Assembly (NCBI RefSeq): GCF_000015805.1
Contig: NC_009073.1
Location: 1,470,001 to 1,502,000, forward strand
Source of the DNA: Pyrobaculum calidifontis JCM 11548
GTDB lineage: Archaea > Thermoproteota > Thermoprotei > Thermoproteales > Thermoproteaceae
Length of the DNA stretch: 32,000 nt
Direction: 5' to 3'
Both the position numbers and the translations under genes were made by a program. Numbering within the stretch: position 1 is the first letter of the stretch; each line of letters begins with the position of its first letter. This document shows, piece after piece, positions 25,433 to 32,000 of the stretch. The notes below the pieces were generated by a model. That model saw only the letters and a program-made list of their open reading frames with translations, was not told where the DNA came from and ran no database searches.

Positions 25433-25581
25433 ATTATTTGTATCTTGGTGAAGAATGTTGAGAATATCTATATATACAATGTTGTATCTTATTGTTATTC
25501 ATATACAACTCGATGTCATAAGTTTTCTTCTCTTCTTTTAAATAGATTTTGCCTCTCTCTATATTTGTATAATGACTAAAG

Positions 25582-25589
25582 ATTTAAAG
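25582..25589 (+). promoter_or_regulatory. TATA-like box
   Basis: ATTTAAAG lies 27 nt upstream of the ATG at 25611. Confidence 0.5.
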
Positions 25590-25610
25590 TATTGATCTTC
25601 ACGCCTTGCT

Positions 25611-27329
25611 ATGTGTGGCATCGTTGGAATATATAGCCTTGACGGAGGATCAATAGACTTCTCAATAGTTCTTCGTGGGCTTCTGGCAATGAGAGAAAGA
25701 GGTACTCCTCACGGGGCTGGCGTGGCTTACTACAGAGGTGATGGAAGACTCCTCGTTAAAGCCTTCTCGCGCACGCCTGTTGGCAGATATGTCAAAATTA
25801 CAGACGGATTTTACGACGTAACTTTGGAAAATGAGACCTTAGACGACGGCTTTGTATACTTAAAGAGTAGGTGGCTTGACGTTTATAAAGTTGCCGATTG
25901 GCCGGAGGGCTTGGCTGCTCGCTATAAGCTTGACGGCGTTAGAAGCCCGGTTTGGCTTGGCCACACGCGTTACCCCACTAATAGCCCTGGCAGGCTCCCG
26001 CTGTACTCCCATCCCTTTGCCGTGGGGGAGGTGGCCATTGTGCATAACGGTGATTTGTCCTCGTACGGCTCACATGTAGAATTGATCAACCACTACGTAG
26101 GGGATGGCAAATTCACTGGAAATGACAGCGAGTCTATTGCGCATCTCCTTAACTATCTTTTACAGACGTATGACGTAGAGGAGGCCATCAGAGAGCTGTT
26201 GTACGGACAGCGCGTGAGGTGGGCTAGGCTAGACGGCCCGTACGCCGTGGCGTTTATGGTGGGCGGGCCGAGTCCGTATTTTGGCGCTTTTGTCGATTTG
26301 TACCACTTTAGGCCCCTGTACGTAGGGACCGATGGGGCAACGCTCTACGTGGCTAGTGAGGCCGCGGCTATAAAGGCCATGTCGCCGTCTGCGCGGGTTT
26401 GGGCCCTTAGAGGTGGTGAGTACATCGTTGCGCATAAGGGCGAGGTCTGGGGCAACTTCAAGATGCGCTATGTTTATCCGCAGTCCCCGCTGCCTCCCGC
26501 AGAGGGGTTTATTGACGCGTCGGCCTTCGGCGTGACAGAGCTGGCGGATGTTATAAGGAGGGAGGTGGAAAAGCGGGGACAGGTAAGCGTCGTAAATGTG
26601 AACGGCCACAGATATCTCGCCAGTGGGCTCGAAAGAGGGGTGGTTAAGATGTGGGGTGTTGTGGGGAACGCCTCGGCGAATGTGATGAGCGGTGGGGAGG
26701 TCTACGTCTATGGAGATGTGCAAGACGACTTTGGAGATGCCATGAACGGCGGCGTGGCTGTAATATACGGCAACGCCGGCGACACCTTGGGACAGGCTAA
26801 GCGCGGCGGAGAGATCTACGTCTACGGCGACGTTGGCACAAGGGCCGCCATTCAGCACCGCGGCGGCGTAATGATTATAGGCGGCTCCGCCGGGGATTTC
26901 CTGGGGGAGTACATGGGGGGAGGCACCGTCGTCGTACTAAGGGTTACTAACGACGAGCCTGTGGGCAGGTACATCGGAAGCGGGCTGGTGGGAGGGAAGA
27001 TATACATACGCGGCGACGACGTGCCCCCAGACTTCGTGGGCTTAGCGCCGTCCTCTAGGAGACTTAAGAGGTATGTGGAATACCTATATAGGAGCGGGCG
27101 TATAGGCGAAGAGGAGTATAGAAGGCTATCGTTGGGCGACTTCGCGGCCGCGCCTTCCCACCTTCATAAGTTGTGGGGAGGAAGCCTCAGGGTAGAGCAT
27201 AGGCATTTAACCGAAGAGGAGGTGAGGGAGCTGGCACCGTATGTGGCTAAGTTCAACGCACTTTTTGGCCTCAACGTGGACATCTCTAAGGAGGTCTTCA
27301 CAGTGGTGAGCAGAGGCCATGATTTCTAA
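25611..27329 (+). CDS. glutamate-synthase-like protein: class-II (Ntn) glutamine amidotransferase domain fused to a GXGXG domain
   Basis: The N-terminal MCGIVG places the nucleophile Cys at position 2. GATase-II motifs LGHTRYPTNS, IVHNGDLSSYG and NDSE follow. Residues ~300-470 carry repeated GXGXG-type beta-helix motifs (GNAGDTLGQAKRGGEIYVYGDVGTRAA...IIGGSAGDFLGEYMGGGTVVVL), as in the C-terminal domain of GltB. Confidence 0.85.
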   Translation: MCGIVGIYSLDGGSIDFSIVLRGLLAMRERGTPHGAGVAYYRGDGRLLVKAFSRTPVGRYVKITDGFYDVTLENETLDDGFVYLKSRWLDVYKVADWPEGLAARYKLDGVRSPVWLGHTRYPTNSPGRLPLYSHPFAVGEVAIVHNGDLSSYGSHVELINHYVGDGKFTGNDSESIAHLLNYLLQTYDVEEAIRELLYGQRVRWARLDGPYAVAFMVGGPSPYFGAFVDLYHFRPLYVGTDGATLYVASEAAAIKAMSPSARVWALRGGEYIVAHKGEVWGNFKMRYVYPQSPLPPAEGFIDASAFGVTELADVIRREVEKRGQVSVVNVNGHRYLASGLERGVVKMWGVVGNASANVMSGGEVYVYGDVQDDFGDAMNGGVAVIYGNAGDTLGQAKRGGEIYVYGDVGTRAAIQHRGGVMIIGGSAGDFLGEYMGGGTVVVLRVTNDEPVGRYIGSGLVGGKIYIRGDDVPPDFVGLAPSSRRLKRYVEYLYRSGRIGEEEYRRLSLGDFAAAPSHLHKLWGGSLRVEHRHLTEEEVRELAPYVAKFNALFGLNVDISKEVFTVVSRGHDF

Positions 27330-29400
27330 GCTTGTCGTTGTAAAAAGCTACATACCCCCGGCACGTCACAGAGTGCCGGAGTTCTGGGACGAGGAGAAGA
27401 TCAACTACGTCCGCGCCTCATCGCAGAGCGGCTTGCCGCCGTATGCCCTAAGCGAGCCGCGGAGAGTTGGCAGACTCCTAGACCGCATCTCGTTCAAGGA
27501 TCTAAGGCCGAGGGAGGTCAACGAGCTGTTGGAGAAGGCGGATAAATTGGACGTAGACGTGGGAATGGACTTCTTTGGGACACGGCTGAGTGTTCCCATC
27601 TACGTTGGCGACATGTCCTTCGGCGCATTGAGCGGAAATCCCAATATCGCCATAGCAAAGGCTGTTACGGAGTTCGGCGCGGTGGCCGGGATAGGCGAGG
27701 GCGGGCTGCACCCCGAGGTGGCCAAGTATAGGAACATAGTGGTTCAATGGGCCTCTGCCAGGTTTGGAATGGGCCTAGATCTGCTGAGGGCCGGCCTCGC
27801 AGTTAATATAAAGATTGGACAGGGGGCTAAGCCGGGCATAGGCGGCCACTTGCCCGGCAGAAAGGTGGTGGACATAATAGCGCAACTCCGGAAGATACCT
27901 AAGGGTAGCGATGCGCTTTCCCCCGCACCACACCACGACATCTACTCAATCGAAGACCTGGCGCAGAGAGTTAAAGCACTTAGAGACATAAGCAAGAAGC
28001 CAGTATTGGTCAAAGTCGCGGCGGTGAACAAGATAATGTATGTGGCAGTGGGCGTGGCTAGGTCGACCGCGGAGGGCATCATCATAGACGGCGCAGGCGC
28101 GGGGACAGGCGCCACGCCCCTCGCGATTAGAAACCACCTAGGCATACCCATCGACTACGCCATACCCGTCGTCCACGAGTGGCTTAGGAAAAACGGCGTG
28201 AGAGACAACTTCTTAGTCATAGGCGGCGGCATGTTGTTCAGCGCAGAGGACGTGGCAAAATTGATCGCGCTTGGCGCAGACATGGCGAACATAGGCACTG
28301 CCGCGCTCCTCTCCTTCGGCTGTATAATGTGCCACGCCTGTCACACCGGCGGGTGCCCCACGGCGTTGACAAACCTAATAGGGTATGGAAAAGAGCTGGA
28401 CATAGAGTGGGCCGCGGGCAATTTAAAGAACTACCTCAAGGCGCTGGAGGCGGGGCTTAAGGCCATTGTATACGCCTTGGGCTTCAGCTCTGTGAGAGAG
28501 CTGGTGGGCCGCAAAGACCTCCTCAAGATCGACTACGTCGACGAAGAGGTGGCCTCAACCATCGGCGTTGAGCTCGGCACCCCTGGAGGAGTGGCCTTCT
28601 ACGGCAAATACGAGCCCGTGGTGTCTCAGGAGGTCTACGAGCGGGGAGAGCCGCCGATAATAGGAATGGGCGGAGTAGTGCCCGGCTATACCTACCCCGC
28701 GAGGCGGCCTCTCGACCTGTTGCGCATTGAGGCGGTGCAGGTTACGCGCCCCTCTGTGGACCCCTACAGAGAGCCGGTGTCCATAGAGGTCAACATTGGG
28801 CGTTTTAGGGCTGACACGCCTGTGGGAGTGGCGGCGGAGGTAGACGAGGCGCTTGTGGAAGTGGGGAAGGGCCTGGGCGCCTTCATATACGGCAACTGCG
28901 AAGACGAGCTTTGCGTAAACAACTACGACTGGGTCGCCGTGCCGCCTAGTGGCGCCACACTGGCGAACGGCGTCGCCGAGCTGGGGCGGGAGATCATAGT
29001 GGTAGACGAAAGGCTTGGAGGCGACATGTGGCTTGAGGAGTATATACCGAGGCTAGACGTGGAGTTGAAAAAGAGGAGGGTTAGGGACAGGGTGGTGGTT
29101 GTCGCAGTGGGGGAGTTCTACGATGGCGCTGACGTGTATAAACTCGCCGCTCTCGGCGCCGATGTGATAGTACCGCTGGGGATATTTACGTATATACACA
29201 GGCGCTTTAAGGACTTGCCCATGTGGAAAAGAGCTGAGAAATACGAGAACGCCATTTTGTCCATTGAAAAAGAGCTGAAGCTCGCCATGGGCGCAGGTGG
29301 TGTGACAAACTATCAACACATGGTGGGCAACAGGGACTTGGTGAGGTCACTGGACGGCGCGGTGGCAAAGAGGCTAGGCGTAGAGGTGGCAGGTAGGTAG
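27319..29400 (+). CDS. glutamate-synthase FMN-binding (GltB domain 2-like) protein with a ~270-aa C-terminal extension
   Basis: Motifs DMSFGALS, GEGG, GQGAKPGIGGHLPG, IIIDGAGAGTGATP and GCIMCHACHTGGCP. The ATG overlaps the upstream stop by 11 nt. The extension (about 28591-29400) repeats the distal part of the FMN-domain pattern without the catalytic motifs. Confidence 0.85.
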   Translation: MISKLVVVKSYIPPARHRVPEFWDEEKINYVRASSQSGLPPYALSEPRRVGRLLDRISFKDLRPREVNELLEKADKLDVDVGMDFFGTRLSVPIYVGDMSFGALSGNPNIAIAKAVTEFGAVAGIGEGGLHPEVAKYRNIVVQWASARFGMGLDLLRAGLAVNIKIGQGAKPGIGGHLPGRKVVDIIAQLRKIPKGSDALSPAPHHDIYSIEDLAQRVKALRDISKKPVLVKVAAVNKIMYVAVGVARSTAEGIIIDGAGAGTGATPLAIRNHLGIPIDYAIPVVHEWLRKNGVRDNFLVIGGGMLFSAEDVAKLIALGADMANIGTAALLSFGCIMCHACHTGGCPTALTNLIGYGKELDIEWAAGNLKNYLKALEAGLKAIVYALGFSSVRELVGRKDLLKIDYVDEEVASTIGVELGTPGGVAFYGKYEPVVSQEVYERGEPPIIGMGGVVPGYTYPARRPLDLLRIEAVQVTRPSVDPYREPVSIEVNIGRFRADTPVGVAAEVDEALVEVGKGLGAFIYGNCEDELCVNNYDWVAVPPSGATLANGVAELGREIIVVDERLGGDMWLEEYIPRLDVELKKRRVRDRVVVVAVGEFYDGADVYKLAALGADVIVPLGIFTYIHRRFKDLPMWKRAEKYENAILSIEKELKLAMGAGGVTNYQHMVGNRDLVRSLDGAVAKRLGVEVAGR

Positions 29401-29584
29401 AGGTATATACTACGCACCAAACGCTATATATCATTGTCGGTTGCCTCCTCACAGCTCGTTAAATCCCAAGATTTTGTATATTATATTCCCCTATCTCATT
29501 GCATTTAGTTCAACATAGCCAGGTAGGTACCGGCATATATTCCGTATCAAGTGGCTGGCTATATACCCTATTTATGTAGAAATC

Positions 29585-29592
29585 TTTTTAAG
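29585..29592 (+). promoter_or_regulatory. TATA-like box of glnA
   Basis: TTTTTAAG lies ~25 nt upstream of the ATG at 29612. The GTG at 29603 and ATG at 29606 are too close to the box by the spacing rule seen elsewhere in the window. Confidence 0.45.
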
Positions 29593-29611
29593 GGTTATCT
29601 TCGTGATGTCT

Positions 29612-30898
29612 ATGCCGGAACCAAAAACGGCGTGGAGGCTGTTGAAAAGTGCCGGCGTTAAATACGTGAGGTTTGTGATTGTGGACATATTTGGAAGACC
29701 GCGCGTAGATATCTTGCCCATAGACGAGGCAAAAGACGCCTTTATAGATGGAGTATTATTTGACGGCTCCTCTATACCGGCCTACGGCGGGGTAAATAGA
29801 AGCGACTTCGTGGCCATGCCAGACCTCGACTCCGTGTACATAGAGACGTGGAACGGCGGTAAAACGGCGCTGATTTTCACAAGTGTAATGGATGGGTCAA
29901 GGCCGAGTCTCCGGGACCCAAGAAACGTGCTGAAAAGCGCGTTGGAGACGGTTAAGGCGAGGGGATACAAGCCGCTTCTCGGCGTTGAGCTTGAGTTCTT
30001 CTTAGTCAAAGGCGATCCGCCCATGTACGCCGACGGCGGAGTCTACTTCGATGGACACCTACTGCACACATGGCCTGTGTTGGAGGAGATCATGGAGCAC
30101 TTCCACCTCTCCGGCATTGGTAGCACTAAGACACACCACGAGGTGGCCCCAGGGCAGTACGAGGTGAATATACCAGCGGGCGACCCGCTGGAGGTGGCTG
30201 ACAAGGTGCTGGCGTTTAAGATCTTGGCTAAGTCTGTGGCACAACGGCACGGCTACACTGCCACCTTTATGCCTAAGCCCTTCTGGGGCATAAATGGCTC
30301 AGGCGCCCACGTGCATTTAAGCCTGTGGCGCGACGGCGAGAACCTCTTTGCCTCGGTGAAAGAGCCGCGGGAGGAGTTGAAATACGCCGTGGCGGGCATT
30401 TTGCAAAACGCCATTGCAAACAGCGTATTTGTGGCGCCAACCGTCAACAGCTATAAGAGGCTTGTGCCTCACCACGAGGCGCCTACGCGCATAGTGTGGG
30501 GCCTTGGCAACAGATCCGCCATGGTGAGAGTGCCCTACTACGGCGGTAGAATAAACAGGCTGGAGTATCGCCACCCAGACCCCTCGATGAACCCCTACGT
30601 GGCCTTCGCGTCGATAGTGTTTTCCGCATACATGGGCGTTGAGAAGAGACTGGAGCCTCCGCCGCCTGTGGACACTGTGGCGTACGAGCTTGAGGGAGTT
30701 AGAGAGACGCCTCGGCACCTCGGCGACGCGGTTAAGTACGCCCAAGAGTCGGCGCTTCTGCCCGAGGAATTTGTAAAGCCGTATTTAGCGCTGAAGGAGG
30801 AGGAGTGGCTCAGCTATTTGAAGTCGGAGGGCGATTGGGAGAAGACGTGGAACAAGATAACGCGGTGGGAGTACAACGCCTATTTAGTCAACGTCTAA
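29612..30898 (+). CDS. glnA: glutamine synthetase (type I)
   Basis: GSGAHVHLSLW, NSYKRLVP and the overall GS pattern. The start at 29612 is chosen on TATA spacing; the ORF track begins at 29603. Confidence 0.9.
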   Translation: MPEPKTAWRLLKSAGVKYVRFVIVDIFGRPRVDILPIDEAKDAFIDGVLFDGSSIPAYGGVNRSDFVAMPDLDSVYIETWNGGKTALIFTSVMDGSRPSLRDPRNVLKSALETVKARGYKPLLGVELEFFLVKGDPPMYADGGVYFDGHLLHTWPVLEEIMEHFHLSGIGSTKTHHEVAPGQYEVNIPAGDPLEVADKVLAFKILAKSVAQRHGYTATFMPKPFWGINGSGAHVHLSLWRDGENLFASVKEPREELKYAVAGILQNAIANSVFVAPTVNSYKRLVPHHEAPTRIVWGLGNRSAMVRVPYYGGRINRLEYRHPDPSMNPYVAFASIVFSAYMGVEKRLEPPPPVDTVAYELEGVRETPRHLGDAVKYAQESALLPEEFVKPYLALKEEEWLSYLKSEGDWEKTWNKITRWEYNAYLVNV

Positions 30899-31569
30899 TG
30901 TGTAGATTTTTCGTCGCCATAGGCGGATACCCGCCCGAGGAGGCTCTTGAGGATTTTGCGGCCGTCTCTAGGAGGGATAGGACCATGGGCTGGAGCCACG
31001 GCTCTGGGTGGGGCATGCTCTGGCTGAGGCGGGGCGAGGCCGGCGTCTATAGGTCTGTGAGAGCGATTTGGGAGAGCTTTGTGCCCCCTCCCCGCGGCTA
31101 CGACATATACGTCTTACACTCGCGCCTAGCCTCCGTGGGCTCTATTGCAATAGAGAATACCCACCCCATCCTGCGCGGGGGCTTTGCCATTGTACACAAC
31201 GGCACATTAGACAAGGAGGGACTCACGGCGGAGCTCAAGAGGCGGGGCCTAGACGTAAAGACCGCCGGGGGCACAGACACAGAGCTTCTGCTGTCTGCGT
31301 TCGTTGAGCTAGGCGGCAACGAAAAGGCGGCTAGAGAGGTCGCCGAAGTGGCCAAGAGGTATATCGACAGAGAGGAGCCGCTACTAAACTTCGCCATAGT
31401 AGACTTAAACGAGGCGCAGGTGTACCTATACACCTACAGGCTTGTGGAACATCCGCACTTCGTACCTCAGATCTCCAAGGGGAGCCCCATTTTAATAAGC
31501 TCAGAGCCCGTGGGCAGAGACTCTTGGATGCCTATACCTAACGATACGCTTCTCACACTCCGCACATAA
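30898..31569 (+). CDS. stand-alone class-II (Ntn) glutamine amidotransferase domain protein
   Basis: MCRFFVAIGG places Cys at position 2. LHSRLASVGSIAIENTHP, IVHNGTL and GGTDTELLL follow. The ATG overlaps the glnA stop (TAATG). The upstream part of ORF-track 30805 lies inside glnA. Confidence 0.75.
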   Translation: MCRFFVAIGGYPPEEALEDFAAVSRRDRTMGWSHGSGWGMLWLRRGEAGVYRSVRAIWESFVPPPRGYDIYVLHSRLASVGSIAIENTHPILRGGFAIVHNGTLDKEGLTAELKRRGLDVKTAGGTDTELLLSAFVELGGNEKAAREVAEVAKRYIDREEPLLNFAIVDLNEAQVYLYTYRLVEHPHFVPQISKGSPILISSEPVGRDSWMPIPNDTLLTLRT

Positions 31570-31628
31570 AATACACAATTAGCCTGAATTTATTGAATTA
31601 TTTTCTGAATCGCCCCGGGACTATTAGG

Positions 31629-31636
31629 AATATAAT
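31629..31636 (+). promoter_or_regulatory. TATA-like box
   Basis: AATATAAT lies 27 nt upstream of the GTG at 31658. It is flanked symmetrically by two CCCCGGGA repeats. Confidence 0.45.
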
Positions 31637-31657
31637 GCACTAAACCCCGGGAGAGTT

Positions 31658-32000
31658 GTGCATTACGTACTTGGAATTGATTTATCTCCTGCCCAACCCA
31701 GGCCCATGGTCGATCTCAAGGAGCCCAGATACCACCCAGCGGTGTTGGAGTTCGAGAAGCTTGTTAAAGACAAGGAGAGATATAAGCAGGCCGTGGAAGA
31801 GTTCTTACGATATTCGTGGCGCTGGGCAAGAGATGAGAAGTATCAAACTGTGTTCAAAATACAGGCCGGCATACTGCGGGGCATAAGGGAGTTCTTAGAT
31901 TCGAGGGGGTTTGTCGAAGTGCTTGCGCCAGTCATAGGCCCAGTTACCGACCCTGGGATCAGGGGGGCTAGACAGGCGTCTATCGACTTCTACGGCGTGG
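31658..32000 (+). CDS. partial (5' end only) class-II aminoacyl-tRNA-synthetase-like catalytic core without an anticodon-binding domain; archaeal asparagine synthetase A (AsnA)-like
   Basis: This frame is absent from the ORF track because it runs off the window. It is open from 31628 to 32000. Translation: ...KYQTVFKIQAGILRGIREFLDSRGFVEVLAPVIGPVTDPGIRGARQASIDFYGV, a class-II motif-1 region. Only ~60-75 aa precede motif 1, which is too short for an OB-fold domain. The start could be GTG 31658 (TATA spacing) or ATG 31706. Confidence 0.55.
   Translation, partial: MHYVLGIDLSPAQPRPMVDLKEPRYHPAVLEFEKLVKDKERYKQAVEEFLRYSWRWARDEKYQTVFKIQAGILRGIREFLDSRGFVEVLAPVIGPVTDPGIRGARQASIDFYGV

Noticed and set aside
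29603-29609. GTGATGT at the glnA start, identical to the C and C' boxes of the sRNA at 4423-4476.
   Set aside because: No D' or D box (CTGA) follows at the required 12-nt spacing. The sequence is explained by adjacent GTG and ATG codons of glnA.
31584-31609. Two CTGAAT repeats in the A/T-rich stretch after the GATase gene, considered as D/D' boxes.
   Set aside because: There is no upstream C box and the spacing between the two CTGA elements is incompatible with a guide RNA. This is more likely terminator or A/T-rich spacer sequence.
31656-31886. Tracked ORF 31656..31886 (+), 76 aa.
   Set aside because: It is in a different frame from the aaRS-like reading frame, which stays open to the window end and carries a class-II motif-1 region. 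Its own translation has no recognisable features.

Overview
The window looks like a chromosomal segment of a GC-rich hyperthermophilic crenarchaeon, probably Pyrobaculum/Thermoproteus-like. The evidence is a PaREP1-family gene, archaeal ribosomal, exosome and RNA polymerase genes, and TATA-like boxes 24-28 nt upstream of most start codons, which implies leaderless mRNAs. No database search or numerical GC calculation was possible.

Gene content from left to right:
- An ORF-poor leader region with a candidate C/D box sRNA, then a Zn-alcohol dehydrogenase convergent with PaREP1.
- The uL3-uL4-uL23 operon, with a textbook-architecture C/D box sRNA antisense to its 3' end.
- A divergent informational cluster: csl4 on one strand; a conserved hypothetical, rpoL, nep1 and a possible TIM-barrel protein on the other.
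- A predicted secreted glycoprotein.
- Lys/Leu/Arg biosynthesis genes: leuC/hacA-like, argF, and a homocitrate/isopropylmalate-synthase family gene carrying a C-terminal RAM domain.
- A large PP-loop (PAPS-reductase family)-ferredoxin fusion.
- A respiratory module: a TorD-like chaperone, an unknown coupled protein, and a ttrBCA-ordered molybdopterin oxidoreductase.
- Archaemetzincin, then leuD and the divergent leuA-like/leuB.
- A nitrogen-assimilation block: gdhA, a split and permuted glutamate-synthase-like pair, glnA, a stand-alone class-II amidotransferase, and a partial AsnA-like class-II aaRS paralogue that runs off the window.

The observations most worth a second look:
1. A single in-frame TAG splits the roughly 1169-codon catalytic molybdoenzyme subunit.
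2. The RAM-domain synthase has its catalytic N-terminus stranded upstream of any in-frame start, while a promoter-positioned ATG sits one nucleotide out of frame.
3. Two C/D box sRNA candidates are missing from the ORF track.
4. The glutamate-synthase-like genes have an unusual domain architecture, including a degenerate internal duplication.

No mobile elements, CRISPR arrays, tRNA or rRNA genes, or recognisable defence systems were seen.
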